Assembly (NCBI GenBank): GCA_046318155.1
Contig: JBKCUU010000032.1
Location: 1-39,557, forward strand
DNA: 39,557 bases
From: Bdellovibrio sp.
GTDB lineage: Bacteria > Bdellovibrionota > Bdellovibrionia > Bdellovibrionales > Bdellovibrionaceae
Direction: 5' to 3'
The notes under the pieces are model-generated. The model made no database searches. It was given only the letters and a program-made list of their open reading frames with translations, and had not been told where the DNA came from. Shown here in pieces: positions 8,870-17,287 of the stretch (its first letter is position 1; every line of letters begins with the position of its first letter). The translations under genes were made by a program, and so were the position numbers.

Positions 8870-9774
8870 TAGTTAAAGCCTCCGCTCACCATGTTGACGG
8901 CCACGGGTCCAAAGACCACGATGAAAACCGCAGGAACGATAAAGAAAATTATCGGAAACAGCATCAGCTGAGAAGCACGCGCACCGGCCTTTTCAGCTCT
9001 GACAAATCGCTCGAGTCTGATTTGCACAGATTGATCTTTGAGAACTTGTGAAATCGAAGCACCCGTCGAATCCGCATCCACCAGGACCGCAACAAAACTT
9101 GTAATTTCCATCAAGTCACTGCGATTGGCCAGACCACGCAAGGCAGCCGAGCGCGAAGCTCCAAGCTTAATATCTTTTAAAACGATGCCCAGCTCTTCGC
9201 CCAAGGTGCTGCCTTCGGCCTTATCAACAATCCGCTGAATCGCCGAGATAAAGTCCAAACCGGCCTCGGTTGAGAGCGCCAAAAGATCGGCAAAGAACGG
9301 AAGATCGGCCCGCATATTGACTTCACGAACACCTTTTTCTCGGCGCGCATAAATTTCTGGAAACTTCCAGCCAGCCGGAACAAACAAAACAAAGAGCAGC
9401 CAGTGCAAGCCAGCCTCCAGAGCGAAATTCATGATTCCTAAAAATCCAGGGAATGCGATTCCCCAAAAGATTTGCAAACCAATGAACTCATCGACGTTGA
9501 GCTGGCGCGAAAGACCCGAAGTTAAGATCAAGCGCTCGAGCTTTTTGCGGTAGCTTTTGCTCTTAATGCGAAAGGCGTGCTGTAAAGTAAATTGATGAAC
9601 CAGAGGACGCGACCAGTTGATAAGCGCTGACTTCGACCGCTCGGGTTCATTGCCGCTGGCCCAAGACAAAAGTTCTTTGTCGGTGTTGTTCGTCAGCAAA
9701 ATGGAAACAAACGAATACACGGCAAATGCTCCGAGGAGCAGCCCCGATATCAGCAGTAATTCTGCGCTTCCCAT
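8869..9774 (-). CDS. tadC: TadC / type II secretion system F-family platform protein
   Basis: DLPFFADLLALSTEAGLDF, GASRSAALRGLA, GASISQVLKDQS and RAEKAG...LFPIIFFIVPAVFIVVFGP. Confidence 0.85.
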   Translation of the reverse strand: MGSAELLLISGLLLGAFAVYSFVSILLTNNTDKELLSWASGNEPERSKSALINWSRPLVHQFTLQHAFRIKSKSYRKKLERLILTSGLSRQLNVDEFIGLQIFWGIAFPGFLGIMNFALEAGLHWLLFVLFVPAGWKFPEIYARREKGVREVNMRADLPFFADLLALSTEAGLDFISAIQRIVDKAEGSTLGEELGIVLKDIKLGASRSAALRGLANRSDLMEITSFVAVLVDADSTGASISQVLKDQSVQIRLERFVRAEKAGARASQLMLFPIIFFIVPAVFIVVFGPVAVNMVSGGFN

Positions 9775-9804
9775 TTCGTCCCCAATCGCGGTATCTGTGA
9801 AGGC

Positions 9805-10413
9805 ATGCTCATCAAAGAGTTCGTACTCGCCTCCGAGTCACCACGTCGAAAAAGTCTTTTGGAAGAGGCCGGATTTCACATCACGGTCTTTCCAGTTAAA
9901 GTATCGGAAAGTCTGGAGAAAAACCTGACGGTTCAGGCTCAGATTCGGGCCATTTCACAGCGAAAATTTGTGGCCGCAAAAACGCAGTGGAACCGGACCA
10001 AGGGCCAGGAGGCGCTTTTACTGACCGCAGACACGATGGTTGTCCATAAGGGCCAAGCTCTCGGAAAGCCTGAAGATTCTGATGACGCGGTCAACACTTT
10101 GTTACGTCTCTCGAATGAGGCCCACCAAGTCATGACGGCCATCACTCTTGGGCTCTCGTCGAGGTCCGAAAGTTTCGACGATCTTGTGACGACCGATGTT
10201 TTCTTTAATCTCATTTCGAGACAACAGGCCGAGGCTTACGTCCAGACCGGTGAACCCATGGACAAAGCCGGAAGTTACGGGATTCAAGGTCTGGGCCGCC
10301 AGTTTGTGGAAAAGTTTGTGGGTCCTTATGACAACGTGGTCGGCCTTCCGGTTTCGGCTGTTCTTAAAATTTGTCAAGAACACGGCTGGCAACTACCGCC
10401 GCGACCGTCTTAA
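9805..10413 (+). CDS. maf: Maf family nucleoside triphosphate pyrophosphatase
   Basis: LASESPRRKSLL, ADTMVV...LGKP, EPMDKAGSYGIQG and NVVGLP. Confidence 0.93.
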   Translation: MLIKEFVLASESPRRKSLLEEAGFHITVFPVKVSESLEKNLTVQAQIRAISQRKFVAAKTQWNRTKGQEALLLTADTMVVHKGQALGKPEDSDDAVNTLLRLSNEAHQVMTAITLGLSSRSESFDDLVTTDVFFNLISRQQAEAYVQTGEPMDKAGSYGIQGLGRQFVEKFVGPYDNVVGLPVSAVLKICQEHGWQLPPRPS

Positions 10414-10429
10414 AGATAGACTCCTGAGC

Positions 10430-11071
10430 ATGAGCGAGCTCCAAAAAATCCAACGCCAACTTCCTTCGAACTGACGGATTCTTGCCGTCTCAAAGCGCCA
10501 TCCCAGTTCAAATATCAGACAACTGCATCAAGAAGGTCAGCTTCTTTTTGGCGAAAACTATGTGCAAGAAGCCAAACAAAAGCAGCTTGAGTTGAGCGCC
10601 CTTCAGCTGCAATGGCACCTGATCGGCTCACTGCAAAAAAATAAGGCAAAAGAGGTGATCGGTCTTTTTGATTTGATCCACTCGATCGATTCGCTGGCGC
10701 TGGCAGAAGCTCTCAACAAACGGCTCGAAAGTGCCGGCAAAAAACAGAAAATCTTGATCCAACTGAATCTTGCAGATGAAACCAGCAAAGGTGGTTTTTC
10801 ATTGAGCGAATTTGAAAAAAACTTGGCTGCACTCCAAGCTCTCGAGCATCTAGAGATTTCGGGGTTGATGACGATGCCCCCGCTCGCCGAAGATCCCGAA
10901 TCCTCGCGCCCTTATTTTAAAAAATTACGATCTTTGCGGGATGAACTTCAAAAAAGTGCCGTTTCAATTCGAGAGCTGTCGATGGGAACGAGCTCGGATT
11001 ACCTCGTCGCCGCCGACGAAGGCGCCACTCTTGTCCGGCTTGGGACAGTGCTCTTTGGTGCTCGAACTTGA
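10430..11071 (+). CDS. yggS: YggS/PLPBP pyridoxal phosphate homeostasis protein, interrupted by an in-frame TGA at 10472-10474
   Basis: MSELQKIQRQLPSN*RILAVSKRHP...FGENYVQEA...WHLIGSLQKNK...GLMTMPP...LSMGTSSDY...VRLGTVLFG, all in one frame. Confidence 0.88.
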
Positions 11072-11116
11072 TTTCACTTGTGCCGCCCCGATCAAAGGAC
11101 CTATCCTGGTTTGAGT

Positions 11117-11935
11117 ATGGTCAAACACTACAAAGTTGGTTTTCTTGGTGTCGGCAACATGGCTCAGGCCATCATCAAGGGACTTGTTGAATCTAAAGTT
11201 GTCACTCCCGAACATATCTTTGCTTCGAACCGCTCACCCGGAAAACTGCAAAAGGTCAGCGACCTTTGGGGCATTCAAGCCCTTGCCACCAACGAAGAAG
11301 TCATCGACAAGTGTGACATCGTGGTGCTGGCCATGAAGCCACAAGATCTTTCGGGCGCCATTGATCCTCTCGCCGGTTCATTTAACGACGGCCAAATCGT
11401 GATTAGCTTGGCGGCCGGAGTTCAACTTCGGCAGATCCAGCGAAAACTTCCTCAGTGCCGAATTGCCCGCGTCATGCCCAACACGCCTGCCGTCATTGGC
11501 CAAGGTGTGATCGGATTTTTAACTGGGGCCGATAGTGAGGCCCTGGACACCGTTGTCGAAGATCTTTTTTCACCTCTGGGATTTATCCACCAGGTCGAAA
11601 ACGAAGAGCAGCTCGAAGCACTCACGGTCAGCTGCTCGAGCGGAACCGGTTTTATTTTTGAACTCATGATGTATTTTCAAGATTGGATCGAGGAGCGCGG
11701 CTTTGAGCCCTCGACTGCCCGAAAAATGGTGGTCGAAACATTTTTAGGCGCGGCCAAGCTGGCCTCGCTCCATGGTGACCTGCCTTTGGAGGACCTGCAA
11801 AACAAGGTCACGTCCAAAAAAGGGGTGACGACAGCTGGACTTGAGTCCATGCGTGAGTTCGAAATTGAGCGTGCCCTTCGCTACAGCTTCGAAAAAGCGG
11901 CTTTGCGAAACCAGGAACTTGCGAAACAAGGCTAG
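11117..11935 (+). CDS. proC: Pyrroline-5-carboxylate reductase
   Basis: GFLGVGNMAQAI, LAMKPQ, ISLAAGV, RVMPNTP and VTSKKGVT. Start placed at ATG 11117. Confidence 0.93.
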   Translation: MVKHYKVGFLGVGNMAQAIIKGLVESKVVTPEHIFASNRSPGKLQKVSDLWGIQALATNEEVIDKCDIVVLAMKPQDLSGAIDPLAGSFNDGQIVISLAAGVQLRQIQRKLPQCRIARVMPNTPAVIGQGVIGFLTGADSEALDTVVEDLFSPLGFIHQVENEEQLEALTVSCSSGTGFIFELMMYFQDWIEERGFEPSTARKMVVETFLGAAKLASLHGDLPLEDLQNKVTSKKGVTTAGLESMREFEIERALRYSFEKAALRNQELAKQG

Positions 11936-12006
11936 TCCAACCTATTCTAAGCACGAGCTGTTTAGTTTTTAGCCAGATCCGTTAATTTGCTTCATGGAGG
12001 AAGTAG

Positions 12007-12567
12007 ATGAAAATGACTCCGATCGATGTCAGCCACAAGACGTTCAATAAAAAAATGTTCGGACTCGATGAAATGGAAGTCATGGAGTTTCTGCAAATGG
12101 TCGCAAGTCAGATGGAACAAATGATTCACGAACGCAATGTTTTGCGTGAAGCACTTCGCGAAAAAGACACGCGTATTGCCGAATTCCGCGAGCGCGATCA
12201 AATTTTGCAATCAACAATCTCAACCGCTGGCACCATGTCCGAAAAAATTCGCAGCGATGCCGAACGCGAAGCCAAGTTGATCTTGGCCGATGCCCAACAA
12301 AAAGCCGAGATCGTGACCCGCGACTCACGCGATTCACTCAAGCGCATTTACCAAGAAATCGCCGACCTTAAACGGGTACGCATGCAGTTCGAAGCGAACC
12401 TTCGCGCCCTGGCTCAAGCTCACATGAGCTTGCTCGAGCAAGGCGAGAAGTACATGCCCAATATTGGCTTGGGCGGCGTGAGTTACGAGAACAGCTCCGC
12501 CAACAATCAAAATAACAGTCACGGGTCACGATCGGCTGATATATCGCCTCTTTCGAGCCATCCTTAA
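12007..12567 (+). CDS. divIVA: DivIVA domain protein
   Basis: MTPIDVSHKTFNKKMFGLDEMEVMEFL followed by a coiled coil with AEREAKLILADA. GGAGG RBS at 11996-12000. Confidence 0.9.
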   Translation: MKMTPIDVSHKTFNKKMFGLDEMEVMEFLQMVASQMEQMIHERNVLREALREKDTRIAEFRERDQILQSTISTAGTMSEKIRSDAEREAKLILADAQQKAEIVTRDSRDSLKRIYQEIADLKRVRMQFEANLRALAQAHMSLLEQGEKYMPNIGLGGVSYENSSANNQNNSHGSRSADISPLSSHP

Positions 12568-12590
12568 GTTAATCAAAAAGAGTTTGAAAA

Positions 12591-12625
12591 CAAAAAAGCC
12601 CGGGAGAAATCCCGGGTTTTTTTTG
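12591..12625. terminator. Bidirectional intrinsic terminator after divIVA (copy 1 of a direct repeat)
   Basis: A6-GCCCGGGA-GAAA-TCCCGGG-T8. Confidence 0.85.
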
Positions 12626-12825
12626 CGCGCTCAACGCGATCAATTGTCATTTGGGCCTGGAAATAAACACAATATTAATTATGTAATGATTCAGAAACAT
12701 TCGTTTTATAACCACTAGGAGTCGCCAATGTTCCACATATCGTGTTTGAACTAGAGCCAAGGTTACTTCAAAAAATCGGTGAAGACTCTTTTTGAGTTTT
12801 ATATGCGACAACCCCCTTAATATTA

Positions 12826-12872
12826 GTCAACCAGATTGACATTATGGTCAATCTGATTGACTATAATGTCAA
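12826..12872 (+). promoter_or_regulatory. Phased GTCAA/TTGAC operator array over the hydrolase-marR promoter
   Basis: GTCAA-N5-TTGAC-N6-GTCAA-N5-TTGAC-N6-GTCAA. It includes TTGACA at 12836-12841 and TATAAT at 12862-12867. Confidence 0.7.
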
Positions 12873-12887
12873 TTGGAGGATATTAGG

Positions 12888-13706
12888 ATGGATGCAAACG
12901 TGGAGCTAAAATTTTCTCGCCGTGGAGCTGGCGCACCAGTAGTATTTGCACACGGTACCCCAACCTATTCTGGTGAATACGAACAAGTTGCGAATCAAAT
13001 CGAAAACTCCAACCAGAGTATATTGATTGATCACTTAGGGTTCGGGGACTCTCCAAAGCCGATTGATGGCGACTACTCGATATCGGCTCATCGGATTCGA
13101 TTTCGTCAAACTCTTCGACAGAAAGGTATCAAAAAATTTCATTTGGTAGTTCATGATTTTGGGGGAGTCATCGCCCTCCCACTTCTGACAGAGTCGGATT
13201 CTGAGGTGCTGAGCCTCACAATCATCAATTCTTGGTATTGGCCTTTAATTGAAACAGAGCCGCAAATGAAATCGCAAAAAATACTGCTAGATTCGGGAAT
13301 TTTTCCATTTCTTTACAAATATTTTAATTTTAGCCCAAAGGTATTATTAAAACTGGCCTGGGGCAGCCACTCGCCGCTCACTAAAGAAAGACATCGGCAT
13401 TATATTTCAAAATTTCCAACGAAAGATGATCGCCATGGACCGATTGGATTCTTGAAAGCACTTTTTGATTTTAAAAATTCAGTCTGGCTTGAAGCAGATC
13501 AACTATCAAAAATCAAAACGCCTGTACAAATCATATGGGGCGAAGCTGACAAACTGTTGTCGACAAGAAACCTAGAGAGATGGGAAGCCATTTTCCCTAA
13601 AGCAAAAGTTGTCAGATTCAAGAATGTTGGACACTTTGTAGGCGATGAAGCGCCAGAGCTTCTTGCGAAAGAGTTAATCGATTTTTTTAGGACATTCGCT
13701 AAATGA
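12888..13706 (+). CDS. Alpha/beta hydrolase, haloalkane dehalogenase/epoxide hydrolase-like
   Basis: HGTPTYS, DHLGFGDS, nucleophile elbow VHDFGG, IIWGEAD and GHF. GGAGG RBS at 12875-12879. Confidence 0.88.
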   Translation: MDANVELKFSRRGAGAPVVFAHGTPTYSGEYEQVANQIENSNQSILIDHLGFGDSPKPIDGDYSISAHRIRFRQTLRQKGIKKFHLVVHDFGGVIALPLLTESDSEVLSLTIINSWYWPLIETEPQMKSQKILLDSGIFPFLYKYFNFSPKVLLKLAWGSHSPLTKERHRHYISKFPTKDDRHGPIGFLKALFDFKNSVWLEADQLSKIKTPVQIIWGEADKLLSTRNLERWEAIFPKAKVVRFKNVGHFVGDEAPELLAKELIDFFRTFAK

Positions 13707-14185
13707 AACGCTCAATTCAAAGAATCAAAAAACTGAAAGTCCACCCAAGCGAAATAGATAATCATCAACCCCTTGCGCGATTCATGATTACTCTTTTTAA
13801 TTTGTTTGAAGACGAGATCATCTCAGATTTGTGTGAGTCTTCTTATTCTGATATTACGCGCACTGATCTAAATACTCTCCGATACATTGATCAAGCGGGC
13901 GTAACTGTGGGCCAACTAGCGAGGCTTTCTGGTGTTTCAAAACAGGCAACAAGTAAGCAGATTGAAGACCTAGTCGAGAGAGGGTACGTACAAAAGACAG
14001 CAGATAAAAATGATGGTCGAATTGTCAGAGTCAAATTTTCAAACAAAGGGCTGGGGCTGCTTAGTACGCTGATCAAAATCATAAGTGGCATTGAGGCAAG
14101 GTATCTGAAAAAAATTGGAAAACTGGAGTATGGCAAACTGAAGAAAAATCTCGGCGCGCTCATAGACTTGTACGTGCAAAGTTAG
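13703..14185 (+). CDS. MarR family transcriptional regulator
   Basis: TVGQLARLSGVSKQATSKQIEDLVERGYV...DKNDGR...FSNKG winged helix. ATGA overlap with the hydrolase. Confidence 0.9.
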   Translation: MKRSIQRIKKLKVHPSEIDNHQPLARFMITLFNLFEDEIISDLCESSYSDITRTDLNTLRYIDQAGVTVGQLARLSGVSKQATSKQIEDLVERGYVQKTADKNDGRIVRVKFSNKGLGLLSTLIKIISGIEARYLKKIGKLEYGKLKKNLGALIDLYVQS

Positions 14186-14540
14186 AAGAAAAATCCTACG
14201 CAGGTTGAACAGCGTCCACATTTTTAACGTTAATAAAATTACTCTTCAAAATCGGCCTTAGTTTTTGCCAAAATAAGTGCCACTCTTGCCGGTCAACAAG
14301 CACTTGTCTCCGGATCAGTTAGCGCTCTGATTTGCGATCATTTCCTGTCTTGAGTTTGATCGATTGAGCTTCTGAGTGGACCCGAATCCCACCAATAAAA
14401 TTTCATTTCATTTAATTTCACCCGCGACGTTCAGAAAACGCTGCGCCATCGATTTTCAACAACCAAAAATCAGGGGTTCGATCTCCAGTAGATGTGCTCA
14501 GCACATGATTTGAAAGCCTGAAAAAACCCAATCCATCATG

Positions 14541-14574
14541 CAAAAAAGCCCGGGAGCAATCCCGGGCTTTTTTG
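14541..14574. terminator. Bidirectional intrinsic terminator (copy 2 of the direct repeat)
   Basis: A6-GCCCGGGA-GCAA-TCCCGGGC-T6 between convergent genes. Confidence 0.85.
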
Positions 14575-14593
14575 TTTTTTGGCCCTATGACAA

Positions 14594-15859
14594 CTACTCA
14601 AGATTCGAAACAAACTCTGCTTTCTTCGCTCGCTCAACCAATTGATTCAGCAAAAGAGTATGCGCAGGATCAAACAGAGGCATCGTGGCTGAAACCTCTC
14701 GAACTCGTCTCAAGATCGGTTCGGCAAAGCGACCCAGCGACTCAGGCTGAAAGCTTTCGCCCTGGCTCAAAATCTGACCCAAGACACGCTGCTCTTCGGT
14801 GTCGAGCAAAATCTCAATCCGCCCGACAAAGCTTCGCACCAATTTGTCCGGTACGGGCGTCATCGTCAGAGGTAAAATCTCTTCGACTTCGTTCGAGGGC
14901 AGCACGTACAAGAGCCGCAAGCCTGGAACTTTGAGGTAGCCATGCTCCCAAGTGTTGATCATCGCGAACGCTTCATCTCTGAAAAGTCCCGAATTGATCA
15001 AGGCATCGACAAGCATTCCGCGCGCCTGCTCACCGCGAACAGCGCCCACGATTGAGGGTCCTTGATGATTCTTCAAGGCTTCCAAAATGGCCGGCTCAAG
15101 CGCTTGGCGGCCCAGTTGAGGCAGCAGCTTCAGCGCAAGAATTTGCCCTTCTCCATTCTCACTCACGTGAACGAGAAACGCGGCCTGCGGGAGCTGATTG
15201 GGATCAGCCTCCATCTCAAGCCTTCCACCTTTTGATTGAATCGACATCTTGGGTTGAAAACGTCCGATCCCTCGGTAAAAGATAAACTTCTCTTCTTCAG
15301 CACCTGAACGAATCGCATTGCTGGCAACAAGGCGCGCGTGGTTGTAGATGTTTGACGAATCGACCGCCGGAAACAGACCTTGCTTCGAATTCAAAACCTC
15401 AACATCAAATGTTGTATTTCCGTTCACAAGACGTTGAATATCGGCTCGCGTTGGTGATGTTCGCACTGGTCCCGGAAACGTTTGCGTGATTACGCCTTCT
15501 GGAAACCGCACATTGACCGAAACTTTTTGCGCGCGATCGGCGTAAAAGTAAATCACGGGTGTTTCCATCTTTTGAGTAACGACATTGTTCTCAAAGAAGT
15601 CATCGCCGAAGCAAATCTTATTGCGGCAAGGGCGAGGTCTTGGCTGCAAGGGTGGCTGAACCGGAACCTCCTGGCGAAGCTCGCCAAATTCGTGTACGAA
15701 GCTGGGCAAAACTTCATCTTCGTGGACCATTCCATCTTGCGTGATTCCATTCGAGCCGACCAGCGAGGTGAACGTCCCCCATTCGTGCGCCTCCAGCTTA
15801 GCATGGCTGGGCAAGGTTAAGAGTGTGACAAGGGCGATAACAAGGGACTGAGGCCGCAT
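14594..15859 (-). CDS. Secreted conserved hypothetical protein (HEWGTFTS / METPVIYFY type)
   Basis: ATG 15859 follows AAGGAG and the signal peptide ends SHA. The longer ORF-track start overlaps the LysR gene and is unlikely. Confidence 0.8.
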   Translation of the reverse strand: MRPQSLVIALVTLLTLPSHAKLEAHEWGTFTSLVGSNGITQDGMVHEDEVLPSFVHEFGELRQEVPVQPPLQPRPRPCRNKICFGDDFFENNVVTQKMETPVIYFYADRAQKVSVNVRFPEGVITQTFPGPVRTSPTRADIQRLVNGNTTFDVEVLNSKQGLFPAVDSSNIYNHARLVASNAIRSGAEEEKFIFYRGIGRFQPKMSIQSKGGRLEMEADPNQLPQAAFLVHVSENGEGQILALKLLPQLGRQALEPAILEALKNHQGPSIVGAVRGEQARGMLVDALINSGLFRDEAFAMINTWEHGYLKVPGLRLLYVLPSNEVEEILPLTMTPVPDKLVRSFVGRIEILLDTEEQRVLGQILSQGESFQPESLGRFAEPILRRVREVSATMPLFDPAHTLLLNQLVERAKKAEFVSNLE

Positions 15860-15950
15860 AAGGGCTCCTTTCATGGTTGGGCACCAGGAATACTTGCACT
15901 GGCCTAATAATAAAATTGAATAAAACGACCGATATGTTGACCAAAGATTT

Positions 15951-16835
15951 ATGAACTTTAAACGTCTTGAATACTTTTTAACGATCGCCGAAACAGGAAG
16001 CCTCCGTGAAGCGAGCGAGATCTTACGCATTAGCCCACCCGCACTTTCAAAGGCGATGCGCCTTCTAGAATCTGAACTCGAAACCAAAATCTGGATTGCC
16101 GACGGGCGCCGAATCATTTTGACCGACTCAGGCAAAGCCTTACTTAAAAAAGCGCCTCTCTTGATCGATCACTTTAAGTCTCTCAAATCGGATTTGCTGG
16201 CAGATCACACCGGTCCAAAACCAATCCGCATTGGAACCTTCGAAGTTTTCTCGACTTATTTTCTGACTTTTTTAGACAAGCTTGCGTGGGACGACCATTC
16301 TCTCGAGCTGCATGATTTGCTTCCTGGCGAAATGGAAAAGCACATTGCTCAAGGTGATCTTGATTTAGGAATTACCTACATGCCCGTTCCCCACCCGGCG
16401 CTCGATTTTTTAAAAGTCAAAGCGATCGAAATGGGCGTTTACACAAAGGTAGGTGCCTTCGAAGGCGTGCCTCAAGACAAACTCCCCTTCGTGATTCCCG
16501 TTTTACCGCTGCAAGGAACGCCCACCAAAGCAAAAGGGCTTGATGGCTGGCCCGCAGACGCCTTTCAGAGAAAGGTGCTGCATCAAGTGACTCTGCTCGA
16601 ATCCGCCCTCGAGCTGTGCCGCCAAGGGCGCGTGGCTGGCTACTTTCCATCCTTCGTGGTTTGCGAGCACAACAAGCGTATGAGTGCCGAGTACCGCCTC
16701 GAACGCCGCCGTTCGGGAGCGAGCCTGCCTCAATGCAAATTGCGTGAGGCAGATGTCTTCATCGTCAAAAGAAAGTCGTACGAAGAAACTGATATTGTGA
16801 AACAAATCGCCAAAGCGATCCGTCAGATTTGCTAA
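15951..16835 (+). CDS. LysR family transcriptional regulator
   Basis: MNFKRLEYFLTIAETGSLREASEILRISPPALSKAMRLLESEL HTH; 294 aa; divergent from the secreted gene. Confidence 0.92.
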   Translation: MNFKRLEYFLTIAETGSLREASEILRISPPALSKAMRLLESELETKIWIADGRRIILTDSGKALLKKAPLLIDHFKSLKSDLLADHTGPKPIRIGTFEVFSTYFLTFLDKLAWDDHSLELHDLLPGEMEKHIAQGDLDLGITYMPVPHPALDFLKVKAIEMGVYTKVGAFEGVPQDKLPFVIPVLPLQGTPTKAKGLDGWPADAFQRKVLHQVTLLESALELCRQGRVAGYFPSFVVCEHNKRMSAEYRLERRRSGASLPQCKLREADVFIVKRKSYEETDIVKQIAKAIRQIC

Positions 16836-16871
16836 GGCTTACTTCCTAGAAACACATCCTGAAACGAAGAA

Positions 16872-17264
16872 CTATAAAGACTTTCTCTTCGCCAATACCG
16901 ATAAGGAGATCTCAGTTCCGTCTTTTTCACTGATTGTGATTGAGGCCGGCTCATTTTCTTTGGCCAGTATTTGCGGTTTTGAAACAATTGTTCGCTCGCC
17001 ATTTTTACTGATATGTCCGACCGTGAAGTTCATCAGAATGCCTTTATGTTTCTGAACTTGCCCCTCAGTCGCCACAACTTCAATGAAGCTTTTCTCACCA
17101 TCGGTGCTCTGGTTGATTTTTCCGACTTCTCCAGCTTTCAAGATAAGTCGCGGAGTAGAGACCTGTTTGCCGTTCATCGACAGATCTATTTTCAAATCAT
17201 AGCCGTTGGTAGATGCAAAAACAGAGTTACCGACCATGATGAGCGCTAATCCAAGCAATTTCAC
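16872..17264 (-). CDS. Small secreted protein with an internal repeat resembling a secretin beta-strand motif
   Basis: GTG start after AAGGAGG, signal peptide ending VFA, repeats VSTPRLILKAGEVGKI and VSKPQILAKENEPASI. Confidence 0.7.
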   Translation of the reverse strand: MKLLGLALIMVGNSVFASTNGYDLKIDLSMNGKQVSTPRLILKAGEVGKINQSTDGEKSFIEVVATEGQVQKHKGILMNFTVGHISKNGERTIVSKPQILAKENEPASITISEKDGTEISLSVLAKRKSL

Positions 17265-17287
17265 AAGACCTCCTTGTTTTATTCAAT

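Noticed and set aside
10472..10474. Genome-wide UGA reassignment (code 4 or 25)
   Set aside because: Several conserved genes end at TGA at the expected length, often in ATGA/GTGA overlaps, and Trp is encoded by TGG.
12630..12800. Possible gene remnant or small ORF (AGGAG then MFHISCLN) in the islet's left flank
   Set aside because: It is too short and has no recognisable homology, so it cannot be supported without a search.
14471..14490. GGGGTTCGATCTCC resembling a tRNA T-arm or att-site remnant
   Set aside because: The conserved C61 is missing, the stem pairs poorly, and there is no cloverleaf or CCA end.
12591..14574. Repeated palindromes as a CRISPR array or integron attC sites
   Set aside because: There are only two copies, 1.95 kb apart, with terminator-like A/T tails. 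No cas or intI gene and no RYYYAAC/GTTRRRY ends are present.
15860..16135. 92-aa N-terminal extension of the 14594 ORF
   Set aside because: It is antisense to the LysR HTH. A good RBS and signal peptide start at 15859.
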